DNA from: Takakia lepidozioides | Taxonomy: Eukaryota; Plantae; Bryophyta | Reading direction: 5' to 3' | NCBI GenBank assembly: GCA_030704615.1 | Contig: CM060731.1 | Span: 92,504,001 to 92,568,000, forward strand | DNA: 64,000 bases | Part shown: positions 36,663 through 51,100 of the stretch, piece after piece | How positions within the stretch are numbered: the stretch's first letter is position 1 | How the letters are laid out: each line of letters opens with the position of its first letter | Position numbers and translations under genes: made by a program | Notes under the pieces: model-generated | What the model saw: the letters and a program-made list of their open reading frames with translations, nothing else | What the model was told of the DNA's origin: nothing | The model's database searches: none

Positions 36663-39600
36663 TTTATTTTATTTTATTTTTATGCATGGCAATTTGTTTG
36701 GGCATCCTTATATATTTATGCCTAGGCAGGACCCTTTCTTTTAGCAGGGCACTTATTGCCGTCAAAATTCGACAGTAAAACCCTAGATTGTGTTTAAAGT
36801 TTCAGCTTACGTCCCTTATTACTTGACTCGCTTTACTCCATGCGCCTGTTAGGGGTACAATGGAGGAGCTATAAAATCAAGGGAGTGGGTGGCATCGGGT
36901 GGTATGTTTTCGGATTGACAAGATGCATTGCTGAGTGTACCACGCAAGCGACGCGATGGCCCCAGGTGGGTGGGTGGGTGGGTGGGGACATGAGGTATTC
37001 GGTATGCACCACCGAAAGCAGTTACATTTACGTTTTTCTGCGGCAACTGGGCCAGTAAACAAAGCTCGTCTCTCTCTCACTTCTCCTCTCCTTCTGGCAA
37101 GGCACCCCCACCAAAGGCCCCTGTCTGTGTAACTGGTTTTCTATTTGGGCCAATTCCTCAAGTGGGCTGTGTGGATTTCTTCCGGATGCTAAGGAAAAAG
37201 TACACGCTTGCTGCTGTGCTGAGTTAAAATTAACCCTGTGATCCAATTTCATTCTCTTTCACTCTGTTTCTCCCCGGTTTTGTAAGTCTCTGGGTATGTC
37301 TCTCTGTACCCTGATGGGCTTGCCCATAGAATTGCCTACACTTCCATACCCATGTTTAATTTTCCGTTTTCTTGAATTGGACACTGCAAAATTGAAAAGT
37401 TTCTCGAGTTGGTGCGGAATCGGCCGGGGTTCCCACTTCGTCAGCTCGATGTCTGTGTGTGGTTTACTTTCAATTCTGCGGCTTCCCTTCATGTGTTTGT
37501 TTCTCACATCGGATGTTGTGGTACCGTAAACCTGAGTTTCGTATGCACAGGCAATACCAAGTCAGAGAGATGATGGGAGATTAGGATAAAGAGAGAGCTT
37601 GCTGCGCTATGGAACGACATCAATGAATTATGCTACAAGAAGCTGGAATTCTTGTTGGACACATCGCCGCAAGTCGTCCTTCTCTGTACAACTAATTCTC
37701 TAGGAAAATAAGTGCAATTTGAAATTTCGAAACCTTGAAGGGTTTTGTCAAATTTTAGCGAGAACTGCATTTTTCTTGTCCATCCTCTTATCTGCTATCT
37801 GTGCGGATTGTAGTTCCTCTTTCCAAAGATATTAAAGAAAAATGTAGGCTGAATGGACCAGAATTTTTGAAGAGTGTGAGTTTGATGGTGGACGCTCACT
37901 GAACTGTGCAGATTGACTCTCAGTTTTAGAAGTAATTATTTGAAAATTTTGCAGTAACCAGTGAGTTCAGTTGTGCGTTTCCTGAAGTTTTAGGAACCTT
38001 ATTCTGGTCCATTGACTTCTTTGCCGCCAAGAATTTGATATCATGGTCTATGTGGAAATACCATCTGTGCTGTCCGAGTTACTCCAGACAGTTTCCCTTT
38101 GTATCACTAAATTACACAGTGACAGCCAAATTGATACTCTGTCATAAGGTTTTGTCGTGTAGTCAGAATGTCTCCTGTTTGTATGTCGCATATGGCGATG
38201 TGCTTTTATCAGACAGGAAGGCCTATGGCTCTAATCTGCCTTCAAATGCAATCTCTTTCTTGCCTGCGCAGTATACAGGAGCTCATCCGGTGAACTTCAC
38301 ACTATATGAACACACACTTCCAGTGTGAACTTTCCCTTCACTTTGCAGTAAACAACTGTCTGCATTGTATGATACGGTATGTACTGCTCTGGATTATGGA
38401 CATGATTTCAGATGCTTATACACTCACCAAGCTGGAGAACATAGTGGATGACATCCTCATGCGACATATGGGCAAAACCTGGTGATTATAAATGCGCTCT
38501 TCGAAATTCAAATTGATTGGCATGTAGGTGCTCACAGTAGTGTAATGATGGATCTTGGTGGTCATCTTGCACCTTCTTTGTTTTTCTGTGTTTTTCATAT
38601 CTGCATGTGGCCCTGCTTATCATCTGAATTGCATTGACAGGAAGGAAGTTTCAGTCAAATCACTTGAATGTTGGGCTCAGGAAGCGACATCCATAGACTT
38701 TAAAGCTTTGGATGGTGATTTGAAGCAGTGTTTTCAATCTTAAGCTACAAGGACAGAGACTAGACATGAAGAGAGAGTGCGACACTTGACCATCTCTAAG
38801 TCAGAAGCCTTGTTCAGCAAGCAGCCATCGCCTCACAATCCGTAGTTGGAGCCTCCTGAATTCAACACAGACTCTGCATAAAGACAGGCCTGATAGTTCT
38901 GTTCGTTACCAACAGGAGTTACAAGTTGCTTCACCTGTCAGACAGAGCAGGGACGATTCTTCTGCAGTGTCGTTGGGAGCCAACAGTGGCTCTTTGGCAC
39001 ATGTCCAAGGTGATGTAGATTTCTGCAAAAAGGGAGCAAAAATGTCATGAAAGGAGAAGGATGTGGAAGTGTGGCAGATAAGGACCGATTTGAGCACGTT
39101 GAGGTCTGTGATGGGCTTAACAGCAACGGTGCAAACAATCCCAGCCATGTGGTCTTCCCTGTATACGAAATAACACAAGAACACAAGAAACTTCCAGATT
39201 CTCATGGATTCTGTGGTAAACGATGATTAAGGAGGACATCTTACTAGTTGAGACAGGTAAACACTCTAAGAAGGTACCGGGGGACCCTCTCTTAGCAGAC
39301 TTCACACTCATCTGCTTACAATTTAACAAATAATACCGCCTGATATGACTGTTGTTGTGAGCTACAAGGCTCCTAATCACACTTGGCTTTGATGGGTGTT
39401 GTCATCTCTCTCTCTCTCTCCATACACAACTTTTTAGGTAGATTTACAGAGTTTCCTCTCGATGGGTTATATTCCAATTTCAGCATAGCAGGGTAATTTT
39501 TTCAGGATCATGTAACTGTAGCCACTTCCGGGTTCTGTAAGGAAGGACTTGGTCATGTCATGAGCAATCGAATGGTGGAGGGAATGTATATCAGTAATCG

Positions 39601-40596
39601 AGATCCCTAGGTGGGACACTCCCCAGTAAATGGGTTTGATTCTAAGTAGTTGTTTAGATAACCCTAGAGGCTTAATGAGGTGGTTGAATATTGGGGAAAA
39701 TAGCTATAGCTACTGCTCAGTTCTGTTACTTCCTAAAAATATCTCAGAAGCTCTCATCAAGCTGCCCACAAGCTTATGTATTAAATTTTTGGGCGTGTAC
39801 CTTTTATACTGTTGGCTGTCATTTTGGCGAGGAGTAAAAGTGTTCAAACGAGGTACATTGTCTCTGGTATTCATTGTGGTCAGAGACAGAGGGATGGTTT
39901 ATTTTGGACTTCTAGTTGGTTTGAACGTTCGTTGCTGATAACAGACAGGTGCAATCAGGGGTTGTCCAACGATTGGAGTGGAGTGATGTGTACATTCCAC
40001 ACGAAACTGCTGACAGTGATTCTTGGTGCTTCTGTCTAATTTCACAATTGTTAGAAGTTCTTTATTGGCTGTTTCAAAGTACCTTTTCCTCCTTCCCCAG
40101 CCCTTCTCTCTCTCCCTCTCGCTTTGGAAAGCGATTCAAATATTTCTTTTGGTTTCTTTGCTTATTCCAAGCTGTTGTTCCTTAAGCTCTTTGGGCTTGC
40201 TGTGGACCTCATAGAGTTTCTCACTTTCTCTCACTGATATACACAGCAGCCAATGGTCTATATCACTTCATTTGATAAACAGTCGTGTCCAGCGAAGTTG
40301 CCTATCAGCCAAGCAACATCTAAGAAAGCTCAGGATGTTTTCTCACTTGAGAAATCAGTCCCCTCTTTTTGCTCTCTACTGGTTATGCGAGCCAGTGTCT
40401 AGCATTGCAACTCTTACTGAACGTTTTGGAGTCTTCACTCTCACTTTGCGTGCAAATGCGGTGTTGCAGGTACATGGGTAACTGTGAGTGGAAAAGCAGT
40501 AGGCAATTACAACCGCTTATCCAACGTGTTTCGCCGTTGAAGATCATCACTCCAGTGACAAAGTAGTGGTCAAAATCTCTGGGCTGCTGGTATACC

Positions 40597-42633
40597 ATGG
40601 GAGGCATGGGGAATTTTGATGTGCTCCCTGACTCCGTAGCATGTCTTATACTGTCAAAACTGAAGAATGCACAGATGGTGGCACAGTGTGCAATGGTCTG
40701 TCGTCGATGGAAAATGCTCTCACAGCTCGTGGACACCCTTACTTTCGAATCTTTCAAACTGTTTGAGAAAAAGGTCAGTTTTTATCTGGCTTGGGTGCTA
40801 CAATAGTCTCTACATATTGTTCAGGATATTCATTGAATATATTCTGATGGTTTTGACCATCTGTGTTATGTTGCAACTCAAGAACTATCTTTTTGTATTT
40901 GGGGTGGTTTGTAAAAGGTGGACAAGAACAGCAAGGCCTCATGTCTGGAAGCCATTGTTTCCCACATGCTTTTGAATACGAGTGGGGTCCGAAATCTAAA
41001 GATCACGTATCACCCAGTTGTGTGGCCATGGATCCCCAATGACTATTTCTGCGAAGAGAAGGTATGTTACTGTTTGAAGTGTTCAGTAATATGGAACTGT
41101 AGTCATTGTGAAAAGGGATTCTTACAAACAAAAATTCCATTCACCCATCTGTCCTGTGACCTTTCGATATTCCAAATAAGTAGACTACCCACTCTCCTTG
41201 GCTGTGTTTACTTCCAAGTGTCATTGTCACGGCCATTCACGGCTACTACATGCTGATCATGTCGATCTCACTTGTAACCACTTACACTTCTGCGTTAGGT
41301 TTGCTGTTGGCTGAAGCACGTTACCATGTCACTGGAGCGGCTGACGCTTGTGGACCCCAACCATGCAAAACCCCAGCCTGAAAAACTCCTTCACCTCTCA
41401 GAGTGCAAGAAACTGCAGTGGCTAAACCTGTGTTATGGGTCAATTCCCGAGGTGCCTTCCACCTGCCGGCGATTCGAACAGTTGCGAACCCTCTTCCTTG
41501 ATCTGATTGTGATTAGCGACCATGCCTTACAGACATTTGTGGCCCTCTCTCCATTGCTGGAGGATCTGAAGGTGAATTCTTGCAAGGGTCTCCACTCCCC
41601 TCACTTGAACGCTTTAAACCTGACTATGCTAGAATTTGTGAATGACATGGAGGTAAGTGCGGCAGCTATCAGCTGTGTGAGTATCAATGCGCCCAAGCTG
41701 GTCAAGGTGTCTCTTAGTCATGTGGAGGAATTATTCATTGAAGGGAATGGATTACTGGAGCTTGATCTGCTCTGCCATGTCCGGCCCAGTATTCGGGAGC
41801 TTCCCACACTTACAGACTTACATGTGAGTGGGGAGTTGTGGGCATTGAATTCCATCACTCATTTGATCCGACTAGGGACGAATTTGCGGTGCCTTCGTGT
41901 GGATGCCATTATTGATCGCACGTACCCTCTCCAGCTTGATACACTTCTACACCACTTGCTGGAGCTCAAAACCATTCACATTGGTGCTGATTTCTTTGAG
42001 GTTAGGCCTATTACTCCCTTCCATGCATTTTAAGGTGAGAGGGAGGAAGCCCATGAAGTCGAATCTGTGCATGACAGCATGTGTTTCCAGCCAGAAGCAA
42101 ATGGGGGTTCTTTAATCCTTCTAAAGGGTAGCACATGTAGATTTGGCAATCCAATCATGTAGACAAATTAGAATTTGATGTGTAAGTTTGTATGTAAAGG
42201 TAGATACTATCTTTCACTGGGTTTGGATGTATGACTCCCTCTTCTAGTGCACAAATATCTCAATTGATCGCCTTGTTGCATATTTCTATGTATCTGGAAA
42301 TCTCTATGCCTTCCAGGTGAAGAATTTCAGCTTGTTGAAACTGGATTGGTGAAACAGTGTTTGCAGGCAGGCGCAAGGCTTATTGGCAAGCACAGTATCA
42401 GTCTTCCAAGGCTGGAGTCCATCACTGTTATAGTTGCTTGTGGGAACCACGACACTATTTTAGTGCTGGCCACTCTGCTGAAGTGTTCGCCGGTATTGAT
42501 CACCCTCAAGATCGATGCAGAGGATCTAAGAAAAAGCATGGACAACATCACCTTCTTTTCAAATGTTCTGGGGTTGCAAAGGAACTACCCACATGTGAAA
42601 ATCACCCTTGTCTGCCCTCACATCCTCGTCTAG
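40597..42633 (+). CDS. F-box/LRR-repeat (FBD-like) protein; exons 40597-40773, 40918-41061, 41299-42000, ~42358-42633
   Basis: F-box FDVLPDSVACLILSKL...AMVCRRWK; LRR-like LRTLFL/LEDLKV/LKTIHI; phase-0 GT-AG introns and an open frame throughout. The last acceptor could alternatively be at 42331. Confidence 0.88.
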
Positions 42634-43166
42634 TGCAGACTCTACATTAATCAGCAGCAGGCTACACAAACGGAGGTTACTGATCAGTTACCATCAGGCC
42701 CCTGATATTTGACAGATCCGGAAGGAGTTAACTTAACAAAACTGTGGGCGTGGTGTCGCAGTGTACCATAAGAGGTGCACTGTCGTAAAGTCAACTAATT
42801 ACTAGTTACGTCCTCCTACTGGTGATGTACCTCGGGCAACATAGTGAGCTGTACTTCCAAACCAAACTAATTGGCGAGTCTGTACTTGTGGAAGGCAGGA
42901 GGGATTGGAGAAGGTCGTTCTCAGCTCCTCCTTGGGAAGCCGATGTACCATAGTTTGGTTTGTTCTCACGTTTGGAGTTGAGAGTGCTCCTATGAGTGTC
43001 ACTCTCTATTCACAACTGTTGTAACTTTTGAACTCAGCAATAAATTGGCTCATCCATTGTATTGTGGCAATTTTCAATCTGAATTTAAGGCTTCAAGTGT
43101 GCGGGATTGTTTGTTCTCCCTGCAATTTATTTATTTATATATATTTTTATTAAAGGGGATGAAGCA

Positions 43167-43573
43167 CGTGAAGCCTAGATTCCTACCACCTGTTTTTTTT
43201 GGCTTGGATGGATAAAGTAGGACTGCGTTTAGATGAACTGTTGCTGTGGGTTTGCATGGATGACGACCGGATGTGGCGGGGCTGACCGTTACGTTACATG
43301 CGCTGGCGCAACTATCTCATTAAATTAGGGTTGTCTGTAGTTAACAGCTAGTTTAGGGTTAGGATAGATGAGCTGGCGTTGTTGAGTGGTCCTACTTAGA
43401 AAAAGACATCTGGATGACCAATGTAAAGAGCCCACGTGGTTCAGATTAGATTACGTTTCTAATACTACTTAAGCCTGTGATCATAGAGGCAAAAGAGGGT
43501 GGTGGATTTGATCTCAAGTGGTGTACGGTGTACTTGTGTTGGAACTTGTGTGTGCCTAATCTCCTGGATGAAA
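43167..43573 (+). repeat. 5' LTR, portion shared with the 3' copy (may extend to ~43911)
   Basis: Direct repeat of 50136-50539; a PBS-like TGGTAGC follows ...TTTCA at ~43917. Confidence 0.8.
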
Positions 43574-45629
43574 TTATGCAAGAATTGCATGCGGAAGAAA
43601 TCGCTAAGAGAATACCATTTTCCGTGCTTAGAGAGCGCATGAGAGCTGGTGAACTGTTTACTTGCGTAGAGGTGGGAGTTCCAAAGTTCACTGTGGTCGT
43701 GACCTGGATAGTTTCTCCTTTCCCCACAAGCCTAGCCCTTTAAGGCATTGGGAATTTATCAAAGGCGGAACTGCGATTGTGTTTGCGAATCTCCGCTCAG
43801 CTGGTGCTACAACACCCGACCCCACCTGGGAAGAGGGCGTGGCTGGTGTGCTCGCCCAGCGCTTTCCGCACTGTGCTACGGACATTGTCATCTTTCCTGG
43901 CAAGAGTTTCAAAAAATGGTAGCTAGCTTGAGCGAGTTAGAGGCTCACAGAGAAAGGGAAATGGCTGCGGAGCAGACTGAGGGAAGATGTTAATTCAACA
44001 ACATACCCCTGTGGCTGCTCTCAGTAAGTCCATAGATTATGTTGATAAGATGCACAAGCAGCCTTACCCAGATTTCAACTTGGGGGATGATTTTGAGTCA
44101 TTTTTGGAGTTTTTTTATATCAGCAGAGAGATCAACTCCATACCCCCTCGATTTGTTGTCAAAGCTTTTCGTGTATGTTTGAAGGGTGAGGCTCGTAAGA
44201 TTTTTTAGTCCAGTATTAAAGGCAAACATGAGCTGATCTGGGACGAGGCTAAGGAGCTGGCAGGTAGGTTGTTTCGTGAAGCCAAGCCCATAGCATACAC
44301 CGTTCCAGAGCTAACCTTTGTCCCTGGTGACAGTTTTTGGAAATATTACATTGACCTTCGCATGGCAGTGTGTAAGGCCGTTGATGACCCTTCTGAACGA
44401 TCAGCCATCCTGAAACATTGTTTCATCAAAGGCCTACCAGCAGCGGAAAGAGTATTTTTTGCAATTACATTATCATCATGAGGACAAGATGGTGGGTCTT
44501 TTGGAAGAGAGACTTAGATTAAAGGCTGCAAAAACTGGCATGACCCATACCTCCCTGACCAAGGTCACATAGTGCTTGGCCAATTCTTGCGGTACTAACG
44601 TTGCTGAGACACATGATGGCGGTAAGCCTTGCACAGAGGAGCTGTTGCCTGCCATTGTCCAGGAGCTGCACCAATTCCGTAGTGATGTTCAAGACCAGCT
44701 TCTGGCTATGAAAAGTGAGGTCACATGGCGTGCCTCGGAATTTGACTCAACAGACCATAACCACCAGGGTAACAAGCCCAGTGGCTTCCGGGGCAAAACC
44801 AGGCGGGGTTGAGGTATGTGAATAAGGCCTCATTACCTGCTTGTATGATCTGTAAGTCCATCGAACATTACACACGTTGGTGCCTATTCATGTCCGCTTA
44901 CCAGCTATGATTGAGCAGATTAAGAAAGATAAGAAAGGGGGTTTTCAACGAACCAGGTCGTTTGTGAGGGTGCCAGGCGATCGTCTCCTGAGCCCTAAAT
45001 CCCTGGTAAGTGCAGTACTGTCTCAAGATTTTAAGCTGCTGCACTGTGAGGCCCTTCGCAAGGCCAGTAAGCTACGAGTTCATCCTTTGATGACTCAGTG
45101 TCATGTCGGTCACCTTTCATTTTCTTGCATTATTGATACAGGGTGTACTATGTCTACTATCCCTCTTAGCATAGTTGGCATCTTAGATCTCAAACTGCAA
45201 TCTGCCAAGGGTTTATTTGTGTCCATTGCAGATGGGACTGCTTATGAGCCTATAGGCTTTGGTCACTTTGCCCATAAGGGTTGGTGGCAAAAGCGTGGTA
45301 CTGACTTGTATTGTCGCTCTTGGAGAACAATTTTTGTTGGGTCTTGATTGGATGCAAGGGGCTGAAGCCAGCCTTGACATTATGAGGCATGTTATGTGGC
45401 TACACAATGGGGAGGGGCAGCCCCTACAAAGTGAATCTTGCACCTGTAACCTTGGCTACTGGTACATCCATGGCAAACTTTGCCAAAACCCAACTGCATG
45501 CTGCTGCCATGTGTGATCAAGTTAGTATATAACTGGCCCCGCTTCAATCAATTCAAACCTATTGATAATTGTCTCCATTAATGGCAATTTCCTGCTCCCG
45601 GGCCCTTACCCATCCCCAAGAATTCCTTG

Positions 45630-45885
45630 CTTATCCGCTCTCCTGTCGATTTCATGATTCTTGCTTTCTCTCAACGTATTATACCAACAAGGCTAGCATT
45701 TGTGTGTCCTGAGGGACGTTACTTGGAAGTTGAGGGCTAGAAAAAATTGACTTTATAGAAGCACTGTTTAATTGCATCTGGTGTTATTGACAGAGGCTTC
45801 AAGGGAGAGGTTAGATTACTCACAGCCAATCCTGAATGTATTAATGTGCCTGTGAGGAAGAGGCAAGTTCTGGCTCGTTTAACAG
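45630..45885 (+). pseudogene. dUTPase-like domain between protease and RT
   Basis: RIIPTRLAFVCPEGRY...KHCLIASGVIDRGFKGEVRLLTAN...VRKRQVLARL follows the dUTPase consensus; two stops. Confidence 0.78.
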
Positions 45886-48800
45886 CAGTACCCCTCTCTG
45901 ACATTGCATCCGTGCAAGGAGCCTTGAGCCTCCACGACATTAGCGTGGTGGACACCCCCGTGGACCAACTACAAACCTTTGTTGCACACAAGGGCTCGGT
46001 GACTAGTCCTGACCTGTCACCTGCTCCAAAGCTTCATTTTCAACAGGTCCTTGCTGAGGTTAAGGTAGGAGACCATCTCACCCCCGCACAGAAAGCTCAA
46101 TTTCATGATTTCCTTAGGCACAACTGGATGTGTTCAGCAAAGGGCCTCATGACCTAGGCCGCACGGATATTCCTCAACATGACATTATCACGGATGGGAA
46201 ACCCATCAAACAATATGCTTATCGAGAAAGTGTACGAGAACGCAAGGTCGTACAAGAGGAAATCATGCGAATGCTTGACGCAGGTGTGATCACTCCCTCT
46301 ATCTCTACCCAGGCTAGTCCCATTGTCTTAGTAGGAAAAAAAGATGGCTCCACCCGTTTTTGCGTTGATTTCCGAAGGTTAAATGCTATCACAAAACGTG
46401 ACGTGTATCCCTTGCCTCGCATCAATGAAACGCTTGACCAACTGAATGGGGCTACAATTTTTTCTTCATTAGATCTTGCGGCTGGTTTTTGGCAAGTCCC
46501 CTTAATTGTTGTTGCTAAAGAAAAAACTGCCTTCACGTGTAGGATGGGCATGTATCAGTTTGAAACCATGCCTTTTGGCTTGTGTAACGCCATGGCTACT
46601 TTTCAAAGACTCATGGATGTCGTCTTAGGAGATCTACGATGAGAATGTGCCTTGATGTACATAGATGACATTAATGTGTACTCCACGACGTTTGAAGCTC
46701 ACTTGTTGGAGTTGCAAAGAATAGTCTGCAGGCTACGTGCTGCTGGCCTTAAAGTTAAAGCCAAGAAGTGTGATTTTTGTATAGAACAATTGCACTTCCT
46801 AGGCCACTTGCTTTTTGCTGCAGACATTCAGCTTGACCCTTGCAAAATTTAGGCAGTATGGGACTACCCTGTTCCTAAAGACAAGCACTATATTCAAGGC
46901 CTTCCTCGGTTTGGGATCTTATTATCGCCGCTTCATTTTTCAATTTGCCAAAATCGCTGCTCCATTGACCAGGCTGTTGTCTAAGGATGTGCGTTTTGTG
47001 TGGGGTAAGGCTGAAACCTCTGCCTTTGAAAAGTTGAAGATAGCCCCTGTGCTTGCCTACCCTGACTTTACCAAACCCTTCTTTTTGCAAACTAATGCTA
47101 GTGACCTTGTAATATCTGCAGTGCTTGGCCAAGTCATTGATGGTCTTGAACATGCGGTTGCCTACGTTTTTCGCCGTTTAGATAAGCATGAACGTAAGTA
47201 CTCTATTACAGATCAAGAAGGGTTTGCTGTTGTGTTTGGTGTAAAGTATTTTTACCAGTATCTTCATGGCTGTCCTTTTGTTATTGAAACATACCATTTG
47301 CCATTGAAAGCCTTACTAACACCTCGCGAACTGACTGGGCGTTTGGCAAGATGGGCCCTGATTTTGCAGGCCTACGATTTTAAGATCTCTTACAAACGAG
47401 GGAAGGATAACATCAATGCAGATGCCCTTACCCATGGGGAAACTAAGCCTGCAGCCCCTTACGCCAGCCTGGATGATGTACTTCTTGTTCCTCCATCTTC
47501 ATTACAATCTTTTCATGTTCCTACTGTTACTGATTCCATGGCCTTATGTCACCTTTTGGATTTTCCCTATGTCCCAGCTGACTTACTTGATGTTTGGGAC
47601 CTAGCTCAGTTTGAAGTTCATTAATTCCTTCTTTGGTACTTGGTATGATTGGCAGTCTGGCAAGCGGCCCTTTGCCTTGAAGGCGGGGGGTCGGGACACA
47701 AAAGGAGCTGCCCCTGTGGTGGGGGCAGCGGCAGCGATTAGGCAAGGAGGCTGAAGCACAAGGAGGCGGAGGCGCTCACTAGGTGGAGCCCGCAAACCGA
47801 GTTGCAGTGGTGGGGGCTCCACGAGGGGTGGTGGTAGCGTAGGGAGTCGTAGTGGGGGTGGCATAGGACTCACCATGGAGTCTTGGGACTCACCACGGTC
47901 CATTGGGGCCGTGGTGGATGGGCCAAGACTCACCGCGACTCACCACACAAGGTTGAAGGTCTTCGTGGTGGTTCACCATAAAAAGACCATGTTGTTTGTG
48001 AAACCCCCGCGGACGCCTACAGAAGTATATATAGGGAGTATTAACCCCAAGAACGGTGCAAGCCTGTTGGTGACCAAAAGCTAGTGAGTAAGCGTGCGAG
48101 CCGGAAAGCGACCAAAGTGTGGGGAGCTATTCCGGACTGCCATCTACCAAAGGGAATTTCCACTGAGCCCAACAGGTCGAGGGTCAAGTGGGAGTGTGAG
48201 GGGGAAGGGGGACCGTTATGCCCCGGTGAGCAGCCGAAGCTCTAAGATGGCCCGGCGGCTAGTTTTGGAGTGGCGCGTGCATCAAAGCGAGTAACTATGA
48301 CTTGAAATGGAGGTTACCGAAGTGAGGTGCGCGACAGGAAAGCTACAATCAGGTTTGGTTCCGGTCCTTATCTGTGCCTTGTTCATTTTGCTCCAGCTTC
48401 TGCCCTGTCTTGTTTTCCTGACCAAGGGACTGAGTTTTTTTCTTAAAGGATGACAGGAATCATGAAGGGAAGACAACGGGAGCGGCCACTTTCCATTTCA
48501 CCTACTCTAACCGTTGTTGTGTGGCCATGAAGGTTATAAACATGGATGACCCACTTTACGATGCTCTTCTCCGTAGGTGCAAAGCCGGCACCCACTTAAG
48601 TGGCATATCCAAGCTGCTTATGAGGCAAGTTAACTATCACTTACCTACCCACCGGGAAAGTGAAGGGCGTTTGTTCAAAGTTGATGCTTTGGAAGGCCAA
48701 TCTGTTGTGGAAGTCCCTCTTAGGTCCGCTGCTCATGCCTTGCTTGAGCTGTATCATGCATATACTTTTGCTGGTCATTTGGGGGTTACAAAAACAGTCA

Positions 48801-50135
48801 AGAGATTACAAGAACAATACCATTGGAAGGGTTTGGTAAAAGATGTCTCAGCTTTCATTGCAAGTTGTGTACCTTGTCATGCCAAAACCATACTGCCTAG
48901 GACCGAAGCTCCATAATTGCATTTACAGCCAATCCCTGTCACTGAGCCTTTTGCAAGGGTTGGCTTAGATCTAGTTAGACCCCTCAAACCTACGTCCAAG
49001 GGCCATGCATACATTGCTGTAACTACGGATTACCTGACGAAATGGGTTGAGCTCCGACCTCTGCTTGCTAAGGACAGTGGTGAAGTGGTACAATTCTTCT
49101 TTGATAAGGTGATTCTCCGCCATGGGTGCCCTCTTGAGATCCTCACGGATCAAAGTACCAAATTCTGCAATCAACTCATGGAGATTGTTTTGTTTAATTT
49201 GAACACTAACCATGCTGTGACTGCCCCCTACAACCCTCAATGCAATGGCTTGATCGAGCACTTTAACCAAACCATGTGTAGGATGTTGGAGAAAAATGAG
49301 ACCCTTATCGATGAATGAGACATTGTCAATCATATTTTGTTGTTTGTCTATCGTACTTCCATTCATGCTAGTATCAAGATCTCTCTCTTTGAGTTATTGT
49401 ATGGTAGAAAATGCCGTAGCTCCTTGCATATTTCCTGGCTGCAAGTTTCTGCTACAGAGCCTGAAAACTGGGAAGCCTTTCTACTCTCCATGGATGCCAA
49501 ACGGCGTCAATTGCGCGAAACTACTAAGTCTAGCATTCATTTTGCTCAAGCCTCCCAGGCCAAGCATTACAATCGCAAGGTAGTGTATTCTGAATCATTC
49601 AAAGTTGGGCAATCTGTCTGTGTGCGACTTTAGGCTGGTAAGCAAATTTCTAAGGCTAAGAAAAGAACTAATGGGCCCTATCTTATTTATGAGATCTTGC
49701 CTGGTAGACAGTATGTACTGCTTCCTCAACATGCCTCTACTCCCAATCTTGCTAGCTCGGTTCATGTTTCTTTTCTAGTGCCATGTACTCTCACCTTTGA
49801 CTTAACTTGTCTGAATGTTGAGAACAAGTAGGTGATCTACACACCATCCCGCACTGCCATTTCTCGTGTGCAGGTTGCCGATTCAGAGCCTTAGATAGAT
49901 TTTTTTATTTTTTTTCGTGACAGCATTGGCATCACTTTTGTAACATGATTGGGGTTTTTCCAAGCTGATTTTTTGTCCTTCGCCCACCTTTCAGGGCAAG
50001 GTTTTGTTCACTTGGTTTTTTCATCCCTTGCATGATCGGGTGTCTAGTTTGTCTAGTTTTTGTTATAGTTCGCTTCCTCTTGTTTTTCAGCTCGTAGGAG
50101 CTCGCTTGTTTACTGGGGCCAGCATGCCTCACATA

Positions 50136-50539
50136 TGTGAAGCCTAGATTCCTACAACTTGTTTTTTTGGCTTGGATGGATAGAGTAGGACTGCGTTTAG
50201 ATGAACTGTTGCTGTGGGTTTGTATGGATGACGACCGGATGTGGCGGGGCTGACCGTTACATTACATGTGCTGGCGCAGCTGGGTCTCCTTAAATTAGGG
50301 TTGTCTGTAGTTAACAACTAGTTTAGGATTAGGATAGATGAGCTAGCGTCGTTGAGTGGTCCTGCTTAGAAAGACATATGGATGACCAATGTAAAGAGCC
50401 CACGTGGTTTAGATTAGATTGCGTTTCTAATACTACTTAAGCATGTGATCAGAGGCAAAAAAGGGTGGTGGATTTGATCTCAAGTGGTGTACGGTGTACA
50501 TGTGTTGGAACTTGTGTGTGCCCGATCTCCTGGATGAAA
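50136..50539 (+). repeat. 3' LTR, probably truncated
   Basis: Starts TGTGAAGCCTAGATTCC, highly similar to the 5' copy, lacks a terminal CA. Confidence 0.85.
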
Positions 50540-51100
50540 GTGTGTTGGCTAGAGTGAATGTTTGTGATAGATCCATCCTATCTAGCAAGTCTATGCCCTA
50601 CTGAGCTACAACCCTCCTGTTGGTAATACCCGGACATAAAGGGGAATATATCCCCGGCCCCATAATCTTGCCTCATGACAAGCCCCATTAATTTATTTTG
50701 AGGGGAAAAATTAAACCCTGGTGGGGCCATAAAGCATACACACCATGCAGTGGGGGACGAACCCGAGATTCCATTCATAAATAGAACCATCCAGATGGAT
50801 GAAAGTATAAGACAGTTTGACACCACACCCATAGCTTCACAAAGTTCCTCTACATCTAACGTGGGATTTGGCATAATTTTATCTTTGTCTGTTTGCACAT
50901 TGCCAGTAGAAGTCTCACCTTGAGTGCTGACCCCTAATGCTAAGCTAGGGAGAAGCAAGAGCCTACGAGCTGTGAGCTCTCGCAGCAGGGCACAAATCGC
51001 CAAGAAAGAATGCCCGCAAGAGAAGACCGAATCCCTACATAGCAATACAGGATCTGCAAACTACTTGAAAAGCAGGGTGAAGATAGAGGCAACCTAGACC

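Larger units (their letters stand above)
43167..50539 (+). mobile_element. Decayed Ty3/gypsy LTR retrotransposon
   Basis: Gag remnants with CX2CX4HX4C (~44840-44885), protease IIDTG (~45130), dUTPase-like, RT (FCVDFRRLN, MPFGL, YIDD), RNase H, integrase (HHCC; DYLTKW; PQCNG) in RT-RH-IN order; many stops. Confidence 0.95.

Noticed and set aside
37050-40590. Short ORFs upstream of the F-box CDS
   Set aside because: No protein motifs; likely promoter, 5' UTR and introns.
42781-43080. Possible solo LTR (TG start, AATAAA) after the F-box gene
   Set aside because: No TSD or second copy; could be the 3' UTR.
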